A DNA stretch of 64,000 bases from an uncultured Mariniplasma sp. GTDB lineage: Bacteria > Bacillota_I > Bacilli_A > Acholeplasmatales > Acholeplasmataceae. The position numbers and the translations under genes were made by a program. Below the pieces are notes generated by a model. It saw only the letters and a program-made list of their open reading frames with translations. It did no database searches and was not told where the DNA came from. This document shows, piece after piece, positions 10,418 to 19,889 of the stretch. Numbering within the stretch: position 1 is the stretch's first letter; each line of letters starts with the position of its first letter. The stretch spans positions 1-64,000 of the forward strand of contig CAZPLF010000006.1 in assembly GCA_964587475.1 (NCBI GenBank), written 5' to 3'.

Positions 10418-11125
10418 ATGCCAACACCGCATATTGATTTAGAAAATAAAGATTTAATAGCAAAAACAGTTTTAATGCCAGGAGATCCACTGAGAGCCAA
10501 GTATATTGCTGATAACTTCTTAACAAAAGTTGTTCAAATAAACGATGTCAGAAACATGTGGGGGTATACAGGTTATTTTGGTAAAAAGAAAGTTACCGTC
10601 ATGGGTTCTGGAATGGGTATGCCAAGTATTGGTATATACAGTTATGAACTGTTTAAGTTTTATGACGTTGAAAATATAATACGTATTGGATCATGTGGTG
10701 CTTATAGTGATGAATTAAAACTATATGATGTTGTCCTAGTTGAACAAGCATATTCTGAATCAAGTTATGCTAAGACAATGGGTGTTTCATCAAGAAAGAT
10801 TTTACCTGCAAATAAAACCCTTAATAATAAATTGATAAAAGCTGCAGAAAAAATCAATGTTAAATTACATCCTTCAGTTGTTCATTCTTCAGATGTTTTT
10901 TATCGATTGAAGAGTGACGAGTATAAAGAAATACATGAAAAATATGGCGCACAAGCCGTTGAAATGGAGTCATTTGCCTTATTTGCTAATGCTAAAGCAT
11001 TACATAAACGCGCAGCTTGTCTTCTAACCGTATCGGATTCCTTGGTGACACATGAGGCAACCTCATCACAGGAAAGACAAGAAGCATTTACAAAAATGAT
11101 GGAAGTTGCTTTAAATAGTATCTAA
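10418..11125 (+). CDS. deoD: Purine nucleoside phosphorylase, DeoD-type
   Basis: PNP family-1 motifs (MPGDPLRAKYIA, VMGSGMGMPS). 235 aa. Confidence 0.9.
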   Translation: MPTPHIDLENKDLIAKTVLMPGDPLRAKYIADNFLTKVVQINDVRNMWGYTGYFGKKKVTVMGSGMGMPSIGIYSYELFKFYDVENIIRIGSCGAYSDELKLYDVVLVEQAYSESSYAKTMGVSSRKILPANKTLNNKLIKAAEKINVKLHPSVVHSSDVFYRLKSDEYKEIHEKYGAQAVEMESFALFANAKALHKRAACLLTVSDSLVTHEATSSQERQEAFTKMMEVALNSI

Positions 11126-12324
11126 TGCTACTCATTAAAAATGATTTCAAAACGATACAATTCGCTGTCTACTTTACAGACTTAGACGAAGATGAAACAC
11201 GTGTGTATCGTTTTTTGTTGCCTAGATTATTAACATCACATACGAACCAATTACTCAATAAAACAATGATGAATGAAAAACTAGAAGATCTATATGGTGC
11301 CTACTTCAAATCACGCGTTGAACGTGTAGGCAATTTTTCTGTTGTAAGCATTATCTTAACCATTGTGGATCCTTTAATAGTTGAAGATGAACAGTTGATG
11401 AATCAAGCAATTGAACTTTTTAATCAAGTTCTTTACGATCATGATACTTTTGATAAGGATCTTTTCCTTGAAGAAAAAAGAATGGTGATTGAACAATGGG
11501 AAACGCTTCATGATAAGAAAAGATTGTATGCACAAACTAAATTTTATGAACATTTCTTCAAAGGTGATGCCTACGGAACACCTCTTTCAGGTAGTCTAGA
11601 GGACATAAAAAAATTAAACGTACAAAAACTAGAAAAATATTATAAAGAAGTATTTTTGAAAAATACAAAGAAATTCGTGGTAAATGGTAGAGTGAGTCGG
11701 GAAGATCAACTTAAACTTGAAAAAATGATGGCTCATGATTTAGAGAATAAGCATCCATTTGTAACATCATTTAGACCTGTAAGACCGCTACTTTTTATCG
11801 AAGAAGAAACTCAAATGAAGCAAGCAATTCTTAAACTGGGTTATCATTTTCCTATTTTCAGAGAAGATGAACACTACCATGCAGCTATTTTGTTAGATAC
11901 CATTTTAGGAGGTTATCCAGAAAGCAGGCTTTTTCAAGAGATTCGAGAAAAAGATGGATTGTGTTATGATATATCTTCTAACTATGATTACTATAAAGGC
12001 GTCATCATGATTAGTAGTGGTGTTGATCTTATTCAAAAAGATATGGCTTTGGAAGCAATCAAAAATTTAGTTTTAGACATGATTCTCAAAGGCGTTTCAG
12101 AAGAAGAGTTATTGCATGCAAAAGCATATTATACACATCAAATAATGAGTAGCCTTGACAATCAGTCTTTTTTAACAAAAAGAGCATTCATACGCGAGTT
12201 ACTCAATCATGATGAAACCATTGAAGAAAGACTCAATGCACTAAATAAAGTAACAATTGCTGATATTAAGATGCTTCTTAATATGATTACTTTAGATACT
12301 GTTTATGTACTTCACGGAAACTAA
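11125..12324 (+). CDS. M16-family peptidase, non-catalytic subunit (no HxxEH)
   Basis: 399 aa pitrilysin-like fold without the zinc-binding motif. Its likely partner is at 23263. Confidence 0.65.
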   Translation: MLLIKNDFKTIQFAVYFTDLDEDETRVYRFLLPRLLTSHTNQLLNKTMMNEKLEDLYGAYFKSRVERVGNFSVVSIILTIVDPLIVEDEQLMNQAIELFNQVLYDHDTFDKDLFLEEKRMVIEQWETLHDKKRLYAQTKFYEHFFKGDAYGTPLSGSLEDIKKLNVQKLEKYYKEVFLKNTKKFVVNGRVSREDQLKLEKMMAHDLENKHPFVTSFRPVRPLLFIEEETQMKQAILKLGYHFPIFREDEHYHAAILLDTILGGYPESRLFQEIREKDGLCYDISSNYDYYKGVIMISSGVDLIQKDMALEAIKNLVLDMILKGVSEEELLHAKAYYTHQIMSSLDNQSFLTKRAFIRELLNHDETIEERLNALNKVTIADIKMLLNMITLDTVYVLHGN

Positions 12325-12356
12325 ACATTAAAGGATAAATAAGTTTTATTTAAGAT

Positions 12357-12392
12357 ACTTTCATACTCTATTTGGTATGAAGGTTTTTTTAT
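12357..12392 (+). terminator. Rho-independent terminator
   Basis: CUUUCAUAC-loop-GUAUGAAGG hairpin followed by UUUUUUU. Confidence 0.7.
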
Positions 12393-12462
12393 TTATATAT
12401 GTAATTAAATATTCCAATATGAATGAAAATTCCACACATTTTATTAATATTTCATAGAAAGG

Positions 12463-12490
12463 TTGACAATACTGTGAAAAATGATATAAT
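12463..12490 (+). promoter_or_regulatory. Sigma-A type promoter for the BMC locus
   Basis: TTGACA at 12463-12468, a 16-nt spacer, and an extended -10 TGATATAAT at 12482-12490. Confidence 0.6.
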
Positions 12491-12554
12491 TAAGCCAAAT
12501 ATAGACGTGAATATATGAAAGAAAATTACTCAATACAACAAAGAGGTGCGATTA

Positions 12555-13580
12555 GTGATAAAAAATAAAGATATCGCGATACGATCTGGGGTTTCTGTTG
12601 CTACTGTTTCTAGAGTGATGAATCAAAGTGGTTATGTCAAAGATGAAACTAAGGATTTGGTGCTCAAAGCATTCAATGAACTGGTCAATGACGATCAGCT
12701 TTTAGTTCAATCGATAGCAAATGGAAAAACCAATCTCATAGGTGTTGTTGTTCCGGATATTTCAAATCCTTTTTTTGGTGAGGTCATCAAGGGTATATCA
12801 AGCATAGCTGATCAACACTCCGCTAGTTTGTTAGTCTGCAACACAGAAGAACAACTAGATAAGGAAATTAAGTATCTAGAACTGTTTAAGACAAATAACA
12901 TCAAAGGCTTAATTATCACTCCAAAAACAGACCAAGGTGTTTATAATTCAAAATACTTATATCAGCTTGAAGGATTAGGGGTTCCTATTGTCTTATTAGA
13001 TCGCGGTATCAATTTATCTCATTTTAATTCGGTTTTCGTCAACAATACATCAGGTTCTTTTGATGCAATCAATGCTTTGATTAATGAAGGCCACAAAAAT
13101 ATTGCAATAATTTCAGGACCGATGTCATCCAAACCAGGACGTGAAAGATTCTATGGTTATGAAAACGCCTTGAAAAACAATAATCTACCAGTGAATAAAG
13201 ATTATATCTTCTTTGGTGATTTTAAGCTACAAAGTGGTTATGAAATAACCAAAAAAATTCTGAATCTTGAACATAGACCGACTGCTATTTTTGCAGCAAA
13301 CAATATGATGGCTCAAGGATGTATAAAAGCTTTAGTTGAAAACAAATTATCAATTCCAAAAGATATGTCATTTATTAGCTTCGATGATGTTGACATGTTT
13401 GAAATTATGAATCTCAATATTTCAACAGTATCAAGACCAACTGAATTAATGGGTATTGTCGCTGCTGAAATGCTATTTGAACTAGTAGATCATAAACAAG
13501 AGAAGCATACATCCATTAAGGAAGTATTGCTAGAAACCAAACTTGTTTTAAGAGGTTCAGAAAAATTAGTTAAAAAATAA
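12555..13580 (+). CDS. LacI-family transcriptional regulator (HTH plus periplasmic-binding-fold sugar sensor)
   Basis: N-terminal HTH IAIRSGVSVATVSRVMNQ. GTG start at 12555 follows RBS AGAGG. Confidence 0.85.
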   Translation: MIKNKDIAIRSGVSVATVSRVMNQSGYVKDETKDLVLKAFNELVNDDQLLVQSIANGKTNLIGVVVPDISNPFFGEVIKGISSIADQHSASLLVCNTEEQLDKEIKYLELFKTNNIKGLIITPKTDQGVYNSKYLYQLEGLGVPIVLLDRGINLSHFNSVFVNNTSGSFDAINALINEGHKNIAIISGPMSSKPGRERFYGYENALKNNNLPVNKDYIFFGDFKLQSGYEITKKILNLEHRPTAIFAANNMMAQGCIKALVENKLSIPKDMSFISFDDVDMFEIMNLNISTVSRPTELMGIVAAEMLFELVDHKQEKHTSIKEVLLETKLVLRGSEKLVKK

Positions 13581-13592
13581 GGAGTAAACAAT

Positions 13593-14411
13593 ATGGAAAT
13601 TAACGACATCAAACAAATCGTGAGAGATGAACTCGTTACGAGCATTCTAGAATCTCAAGAATTCTTGATTGTGGGTAATTGGAAAATGAATAAAACAAAA
13701 GTTGAAGTCAATGCTTTTTTAGACGATATTGCTAATCATGATTTTGGTGATAAAAATACGGTTGTCATTCTACCTCCAAGTGCTTATCTTTATCTATTTG
13801 AAGATAAACTGAGATTTAGTAAAGTACTATACGGAACTCAAAATTTCTATCCAAAAGAAAACGGTGCATTTACAGGAGAATTTTCAGTAGACATGATGAA
13901 AGATTTTGGATGTAAGTTTGCACTTGCAGGACATTCCGAAAGAAGAGATATATTTATGGAATGTGATGCATTTACTGCTAAAAAAGTGAGAAGTTGTTTA
14001 GAAAATCAAATTAAACCAATTTTATGCATTGGTGAAAATCTAGATCAAAGACAAACAACAGATTATAAACAGTTTTTAATTGATCAACTCAAAAGATCTT
14101 TGGACCGCGTTGAAGGAAAAGATTTAAGTCAAGTCATTATTGCCTACGAACCAATTTGGGCGATCGGTACTGGAGAGACAGCAACACCAGAACAAGTTGA
14201 AGAAATACATATGCATTTAAGAAAGTTTTTAGTTCAACAATATGGATCTGAAATTGGAAAAGAAATTCCTTTATTATATGGTGGAAGTGTTAATGCCAAA
14301 AATGTTAAGGAGCTTGCACTTGCAGAAAGTGTTTCTGGATTCTTAATTGGTGGAGCAAGCTTAAACGCTCAAACATTCATTGAGATAAGCAATATCCTAA
14401 ACGGAAAATAA
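13593..14411 (+). CDS. tpiA: Triosephosphate isomerase paralog with an N-terminal extension of about 21 aa
   Basis: GNWKMN, LAGHSERR and YEPIWAIGTG motifs. There are 27 residues before GNWKMN, against about 6 in housekeeping TpiA. Confidence 0.88.
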   Translation: MEINDIKQIVRDELVTSILESQEFLIVGNWKMNKTKVEVNAFLDDIANHDFGDKNTVVILPPSAYLYLFEDKLRFSKVLYGTQNFYPKENGAFTGEFSVDMMKDFGCKFALAGHSERRDIFMECDAFTAKKVRSCLENQIKPILCIGENLDQRQTTDYKQFLIDQLKRSLDRVEGKDLSQVIIAYEPIWAIGTGETATPEQVEEIHMHLRKFLVQQYGSEIGKEIPLLYGGSVNAKNVKELALAESVSGFLIGGASLNAQTFIEISNILNGK

Positions 14412-14451
14412 TAGTTGTTCATTAAAAAATCCTATAGAAAGGTAGAAGAAT

Positions 14452-15315
14452 ATGGAAATCAAAAATATCGATCGACTTGTCGACAAAGTCGCAGCAAATA
14501 TTTTAGATAAACTGGATTTAAAAACTACATATGGCAACATCAATCATAAATCCTGTTTCATTCTAATACCAAATATGGGACTGGGGATGAAAGAATATAT
14601 CGAATACATCATTGAACACTATCAAGGATACGAACTTTATTTAGCATCAAGAGAAAATGGAGCGAATGTTGGAGATTTTAAAAACATCAAAACACTTGAA
14701 TTTGATATGAAAAACCAAAAATTCATTCATCTCTTAGATTCAGTTGAAAATATCATTGTCTTAGGATTGAAAATCAATCAAATGAAATCTATCATTAAAA
14801 CTGATGACGAAGATGATGTGAATCAACTCATCCTAGAGGGACTTCTCGCAAATAAACAAGTCAACGTGATGATGAACGCAAATGAACATATCTTTAGTAA
14901 ACTAAAAAATATTGTTACTGATTTAAGACATATGGGAGTTTATGTAACTAACATCCATCAAGTGAAAGCTTCTTCAATTGTTTCAAATGTAGAAATTGAA
15001 AAGACACATCATTTAAATTCTCAACAGGAACCAGATAGATCATGGGCGATAGCAACAAAGATTGCACCTGAAAAATTATATACAGCATCTTCTAAGTTGG
15101 AAAAAGAATGTCAACTCAATCCTTTTAAAGAATCAAACGATGTACTCATACCATCAAAAAATGAATTGATTACAGAAAGTTATGTGTTAAAACTTAAAGG
15201 CAGAGGAGTTAGAACAATGATTCTTGATAAGAAACATTTAATTACGCCACTTGCAAAAGATAAATTAAGAGAATATAAAATAGATATCAAATATATAGAG
15301 GAGGCAAAATCATGA
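14452..15315 (+). CDS. Hypothetical BMC-locus protein with an amphipathic N-terminus
   Basis: 287 aa with no recognisable motif. N-terminus NIDRLVDKVAANILDKL. Sits between the TIM and aldehyde dehydrogenase genes. Confidence 0.55.
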   Translation: MEIKNIDRLVDKVAANILDKLDLKTTYGNINHKSCFILIPNMGLGMKEYIEYIIEHYQGYELYLASRENGANVGDFKNIKTLEFDMKNQKFIHLLDSVENIIVLGLKINQMKSIIKTDDEDDVNQLILEGLLANKQVNVMMNANEHIFSKLKNIVTDLRHMGVYVTNIHQVKASSIVSNVEIEKTHHLNSQQEPDRSWAIATKIAPEKLYTASSKLEKECQLNPFKESNDVLIPSKNELITESYVLKLKGRGVRTMILDKKHLITPLAKDKLREYKIDIKYIEEAKS

Positions 15316-16736
15316 GCACACAAGATCTAATTGAAAGACTTAGAGCAGAAATGGAAGAAAAATATGGAAATAAGTCAACAAATACAACAACACCTCGTGA
15401 AGCTATCAATGTAGGAAGACTTGGATGTTATGAAAATGTATTGGATGCTATTGCAGCAGCAAAAGCATCACAAGAACAATTGATGGAACTCTCCATGAAA
15501 AAGCGTAACGAAATCATTGCAGCGATGAGAAAAGCAAGTTTAGATAATGCTGAAAAACTAGCAGTGATGGCACATGAAGAAACCGGATTTGGTAGAGTTG
15601 CTGATAAAATTATCAAAAATATTTTAGCAGCAGAAAAAACACCAGGCACTGAAGATCTCAGATCTCGCGCATACACTGGTGATGATGGTATGACTTTAGT
15701 TGAAATGGCACCATTCGGAGTTATTGGCTCTATTACGCCATCTACTAACCCTAGTTCAACAATCATTAATAACAGTATTAGCATGGTTGCAGCAGGTAAT
15801 GGTGTCGTATTCAATCCTCATCCAAGTGCTAAAAAAGTGACGCTTGAGACGATTTCTATCCTCAATCAAGCCATCCATAAAGTGGGTGGACCTAAAGAAC
15901 TTTTGACTGCACCCATTGATCCAACCATGGAAACCAGCAAGGTCATCATGACGCATAAAGACATTAGAATGTTAGCTGTTACTGGTGGTGAAGCAGTTGT
16001 TGAAGTTGCTATGAGAAGCGGTAAGAAAGTCATTGCTGCTGGTCCAGGTAATCCTCCAGTGATTGTTGATGAAACAGCAAATATTAAGAAAGCTGCTAAT
16101 GATATCCTAAGAGGTTCAAGCTTTGATAACAATATCTTGTGTACTGCAGAAAAAGAAGCCTTTATTCTTAATAGCGTATTTAATGAGCTTAGAAATGAAA
16201 TGATTAGACTTGGAGCTTATGAACTAAAGCACCATGAAATAGATATCGTCACAAAAGAAGTGTTCATCAAGAATAATCAAGGTGAAACAGTAGTTAACAG
16301 AAAATATGTTGGCAAAAATGCTTCAGAGATTTTAAAAGCGTGTAAGATTCCAGTGAATCAAGATGTTAAGTTGATTCTTGCTGAAGTTGATGATTCTCAT
16401 CCATTTGTAAATATAGAAATGTTGATGCCAGTATTGGCATTAGTCAGAGTCTATTCGGTTGATGAAGCTATTGAAAAAGCAGTAGCTGCTGAAGCTGGAA
16501 GACATCACTCAGCCATGATGCATTCAGAAAGCGTTACGAACCTTACAAAAGCCGCACGCGCATTAGACACAACAATTTTTGTGAAAAATGCACCATCATT
16601 TGCTGGATTAGGTATCGAAGGAGAAGGTTTCACAACCTTAACCATTGCAACCCCAACAGGTGAAGGTTTAACCTCAGCTAGAAGTTTTACAAGAATTAGA
16701 AGATGTACTTTATCAGGCGGATTTAGAATTATTTAA
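15312..16736 (+). CDS. CoA-acylating aldehyde dehydrogenase (EutE/PduP family)
   Basis: ALDH fold with catalytic ILCTAEKE. The N-terminal peptide DLIERLRAEMEE resembles an encapsulation peptide. Confidence 0.85.
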   Translation: MSTQDLIERLRAEMEEKYGNKSTNTTTPREAINVGRLGCYENVLDAIAAAKASQEQLMELSMKKRNEIIAAMRKASLDNAEKLAVMAHEETGFGRVADKIIKNILAAEKTPGTEDLRSRAYTGDDGMTLVEMAPFGVIGSITPSTNPSSTIINNSISMVAAGNGVVFNPHPSAKKVTLETISILNQAIHKVGGPKELLTAPIDPTMETSKVIMTHKDIRMLAVTGGEAVVEVAMRSGKKVIAAGPGNPPVIVDETANIKKAANDILRGSSFDNNILCTAEKEAFILNSVFNELRNEMIRLGAYELKHHEIDIVTKEVFIKNNQGETVVNRKYVGKNASEILKACKIPVNQDVKLILAEVDDSHPFVNIEMLMPVLALVRVYSVDEAIEKAVAAEAGRHHSAMMHSESVTNLTKAARALDTTIFVKNAPSFAGLGIEGEGFTTLTIATPTGEGLTSARSFTRIRRCTLSGGFRII

Positions 16737-16757
16737 TGAAAAATAGGAGTGGATAAT

Positions 16758-18071
16758 ATGTCTATTGATTATATCCAAAGAATCAAAGAAATAGGGGTTG
16801 TCGGAGCTGGTGGTGCTGGTTTTCCAACACACGTCAAATTAAACAGTAAAGCTAAAATTGTCATTATCAATGGTGCTGAATGCGAGCCTCTGCTTAGAGT
16901 TGATCAACAATTGATGGAATTTTATCCCCAAGATGTTATAGCTGGATTAAAAATTGCAATGGCTCAAACTGGAGCATCTCAAGGTGTGATTGGCTTAAAG
17001 GGAAAGTATAAAACTGCAATCTTGAAACTCGAAGAACTGATTAAAGATGAAAGTTCAATAGAGATCAAGATTATAGGTGACTATTATCCCGCTGGCGATG
17101 AACAACAACTTGTTTATGAAGTCACCAAGAGAGTTGTTCCACTCATGGGTATTCCACTTGATGTGGGTGCTGTTGTCATTAATGTACTAACAGCAATTAA
17201 TATTGCGCGCAATAAGCCAGTTACTGAAAGAGTTGTTACAGTCACTGGAGTAGTGAAGAAACCACAAACGTTAATTGTTCCTGTGGGAACACCATTTCGT
17301 GAATTGATTGAAGCATGTGAAGGCCCTACTGACGAAAAGAACTTTAGTATCGTTGTTGGAGGACCTATGATGGGAAAAGTTGAATCCAATTGGGATACAC
17401 CCGTATCAAAAGTAACTGGTGGAATCATTGTCCTGCCAAATGATCAATATGTGATTGTTAAAAAGACAAGAAAAACCGAAACCGATCTTCAGTTAACAAA
17501 AGCGATTTGTTGCCAGTGTTCATTATGTACCGAGATGTGTCCAAGGAATATCATCGGACTCAATACAGAACCCCATAAGGTTATGAGAGGACTTGCCAAT
17601 GAAGATCCATCGACATTAGGTGCTATCGGTTCAGTCGTGTCTTGTTGTGACTGTGGATTATGCAGCATCTATGCATGTCCAATGGATTTAGATCCAGGTA
17701 AAATAACGAATTTGGTTAAGCAGAGCTTACTTAGAAAAGGTGCTAAAACCGAAAAGGTCATTCCTTATGAAGTTGATCCCTTAAGAGATAGCAAGAAGGT
17801 CCCAACAAAAAGGCTTATTGCAAGACTAGAATTATTAGATTATAATGTTGCAGCTCCCTTGAATTTCAATATATTTGAGACAAAGGCTGTAAAGGTTTTA
17901 TTAAAGCAACATATTGGTGTTGATGCAACACCAATTAAAAAGATTGGTGATACTGTTACGAAAGGTACATTAATTGCAACTTGTTATGATAAATTAGGTG
18001 CTAATGTTCATGCGAGCATCGATGGGCGCATTACAGATATTACTGATAAGTATATAGAAATACATGCATAA
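16758..18071 (+). CDS. PduS/RnfC-family flavin and 2x[4Fe-4S] oxidoreductase
   Basis: GAGGAGFPT nucleotide-binding site. Two Cys clusters: CCQCSLCTEMCP and CCDCGLCSIYACP. Confidence 0.8.
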   Translation: MSIDYIQRIKEIGVVGAGGAGFPTHVKLNSKAKIVIINGAECEPLLRVDQQLMEFYPQDVIAGLKIAMAQTGASQGVIGLKGKYKTAILKLEELIKDESSIEIKIIGDYYPAGDEQQLVYEVTKRVVPLMGIPLDVGAVVINVLTAINIARNKPVTERVVTVTGVVKKPQTLIVPVGTPFRELIEACEGPTDEKNFSIVVGGPMMGKVESNWDTPVSKVTGGIIVLPNDQYVIVKKTRKTETDLQLTKAICCQCSLCTEMCPRNIIGLNTEPHKVMRGLANEDPSTLGAIGSVVSCCDCGLCSIYACPMDLDPGKITNLVKQSLLRKGAKTEKVIPYEVDPLRDSKKVPTKRLIARLELLDYNVAAPLNFNIFETKAVKVLLKQHIGVDATPIKKIGDTVTKGTLIATCYDKLGANVHASIDGRITDITDKYIEIHA

Positions 18072-18085
18072 GGAGGAACTATGTT

Positions 18086-18631
18086 ATGGAAGCATTAGGC
18101 ATGCTCGAACTAAATAGTATTGCACGAGGTATTGAAGCTGGAGATACTGCGATTAAAACTGCTAATGTTAAATTAATTGGTGCTTATGCAGCTTGTCCTG
18201 GTAAATTTGTTGTGATGATAAGAGGTGAGGTTGCTGCTGTAAAAAGTGCCATTCAAGCTGGAGCTATCATCGCAGGTAAATCACTGATTAAAGATATCGT
18301 GATAGCAAATATACATGATCAAGTATTTTCAGCATTAAACTGTACAACAGAAATTGATCCAAAAGGTGCAGTTGGTATTATAGAAACCTATTCACTCGCA
18401 ACAGCTGTCTTAATATCTGATGCTGCCGTTAAGGCGGCAAGCGTTGAGTTATTGGAGATTAGATTAGGACGTGGACTTGGTGGAAAAGCATTTACCGTTT
18501 TGACTGGTGATGTGAGTAGCGTCAAAGCCGCAGTTGAAGCAGCTGTTATTGCCAGTAAAAATGATGGACTTTTAGCCCATACAGCAGTAATTCCAAGAAT
18601 TAGCAAGGAAATGTTACAAACATTGATTTAA
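18086..18631 (+). CDS. Tandem-domain BMC shell protein (BMC-T, PduT-like)
   Basis: Two BMC domains in 181 aa. Cys in AACPGKF sits at the position of the PduT pore 4Fe-4S ligand. Confidence 0.85.
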   Translation: MEALGMLELNSIARGIEAGDTAIKTANVKLIGAYAACPGKFVVMIRGEVAAVKSAIQAGAIIAGKSLIKDIVIANIHDQVFSALNCTTEIDPKGAVGIIETYSLATAVLISDAAVKAASVELLEIRLGRGLGGKAFTVLTGDVSSVKAAVEAAVIASKNDGLLAHTAVIPRISKEMLQTLI

Positions 18632-18656
18632 AAATAAAATAAGGGAGAATAAGAAA

Positions 18657-18932
18657 ATGGTAGTTGAAGCATTAGGATTAATCGAAACAAGAGGATTTGT
18701 AGGAGCTATTGAAGCTGCAGATGCAATGGTTAAAGCAGCAAATGTTAAACTTGTTGGAAAAGAAAAATCAGGTAGTGGATTAGTCGCAATTATGGTTCGT
18801 GGTGATGTTGGTGCCGTCAAAGCAGCAACTGAAGCTGGTGCTGAAGCAGCACGTAGAGTTGGAGAATTAGTATCAGTTCATGTGATCCCTAGACCACATG
18901 CAGATGTAGAAGACTTGCTTAGTAAGCTTTAA
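18657..18932 (+). CDS. BMC-H hexameric shell protein (PduA/EutM-like) 1
   Basis: [11 protein letters not shown]...[12 protein letters not shown] canonical BMC domain. Confidence 0.95.
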   Translation: MVVEALGLIETRGFVGAIEAADAMVKAANVKLVGKEKSGSGLVAIMVRGDVGAVKAATEAGAEAARRVGELVSVHVIPRPHADVEDLLSKL

Positions 18933-18963
18933 AAAAATAGATTAGAATAGGAGAATTAAAATT

Positions 18964-19236
18964 ATGAAAGAAGCATTAGGATTAATTGAAACAAGAGGAT
19001 TTGTTGCAGCAATTGAAGCTGCAGATGCAATGGTCAAAGCAGCAAATGTTAAACTAATTGGCAGAGAAAAATCAGGTAGTGGATTAGTTGCTATGATGGT
19101 TCGTGGAGATGTCGGTGCCGTCAAGGCAGCAACAGAAGCTGGCGCTGAAGCAGCGCGTAGAGTTGGAGAATTAGTATCAGTTCATGTGATCCCAAGACCA
19201 CATGCAGATGTTGAAGAATTACTCAACAATCTATAA
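18964..19236 (+). CDS. BMC-H hexameric shell protein 2
   Basis: Near-identical paralog of the previous gene. Confidence 0.95.
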   Translation: MKEALGLIETRGFVAAIEAADAMVKAANVKLIGREKSGSGLVAMMVRGDVGAVKAATEAGAEAARRVGELVSVHVIPRPHADVEELLNNL

Positions 19237-19251
19237 AAAAGGAGAAAGAAA

Positions 19252-19560
19252 ATGAAAGAAGCATTAGGATTAATCGAAACTAGAGGTTTTGTCGCAGCAA
19301 TTGAAGCAGCAGACGCAATGGTTAAGGCTGCAAATGTAAGACTTATCGGAAAAGAAAAGTCAGGTAGTGGATTAGTAGCTATGATGGTTCGTGGTGATGT
19401 CGGTGCCGTCAAGGCAGCAACTGAAGCTGGCGCTGAAGCAGCTCGCAGAGTTGGCGAATTAGTATCAGTACATGTTATTCCAAGTCCACATGCAGATGTA
19501 GAAGAATTATTAAGTGCGCTTAAAGAATCACCTGCAAAAGTCGTCAAAGTAGCAAAATAA
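19252..19560 (+). CDS. BMC-H hexameric shell protein 3
   Basis: Paralog with a short C-terminal tail [13 protein letters not shown]. Confidence 0.95.
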   Translation: MKEALGLIETRGFVAAIEAADAMVKAANVRLIGKEKSGSGLVAMMVRGDVGAVKAATEAGAEAARRVGELVSVHVIPSPHADVEELLSALKESPAKVVKVAK

Positions 19561-19610
19561 TTTTTTGACAATAATTTGTGAATAAATCTATACAGAAAGG
19601 AGAAAACAAA

Positions 19611-19880
19611 ATGGTAGAAGCATTAGGTTTGATCGAAACTAGAGGATTTGTTAGTGCCGTCGAAGCTGCAGACGCAATGGTCAAAGCTGCAAATGTAAGA
19701 CTCATTGGAAAAGAAAAATCAGGCAGTGGGTTAGTCGCAGTTATGGTTCGTGGTGATGTAGGTGCCGTCAAGGCAGCTACTCAAGCTGGAGCTGAAGCAG
19801 CTCGCCGTGTCGGTGAGCTTGTTTCCGTACATGTTATTCCAAGACCACATGCAGATGTTGAAGAATTATTAAAGAAATAA
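19611..19880 (+). CDS. BMC-H hexameric shell protein 4
   Basis: Paralog. RBS AGGAG is 9 nt upstream of ATG 19611. The ORF-track start at 19578 is too long. Confidence 0.93.
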   Translation: MVEALGLIETRGFVSAVEAADAMVKAANVRLIGKEKSGSGLVAVMVRGDVGAVKAATQAGAEAARRVGELVSVHVIPRPHADVEELLKK

Positions 19881-19889
19881 AAAGATAAA

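Noticed and set aside
15428-16132. Three minus-strand ORFs (15428-15814, 15756-15956, 15866-16132) inside the aldehyde dehydrogenase gene
   Set aside because: They are antisense to a well-supported ALDH coding frame and have no RBS or recognisable protein features.
18614-19771. Four long minus-strand ORFs (18614-18820, 18942-19124, 19182-19571, 19544-19771) that overlap the BMC-H genes
   Set aside because: They are antisense shadows of the Ala/Gly-rich, GC-skewed BMC-H coding sequences. Their translations are low-complexity Ala/Thr/Ser strings, they have no RBS, and they are duplicated only because the sense genes are tandem paralogs.
18657-19880. A regularly spaced repeat array of about 300 bp that could be mistaken for a CRISPR-like or satellite array
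   Set aside because: The repeat units are full-length protein-coding BMC-H genes with RBSs and conserved protein sequence. The spacers are short and non-unique.
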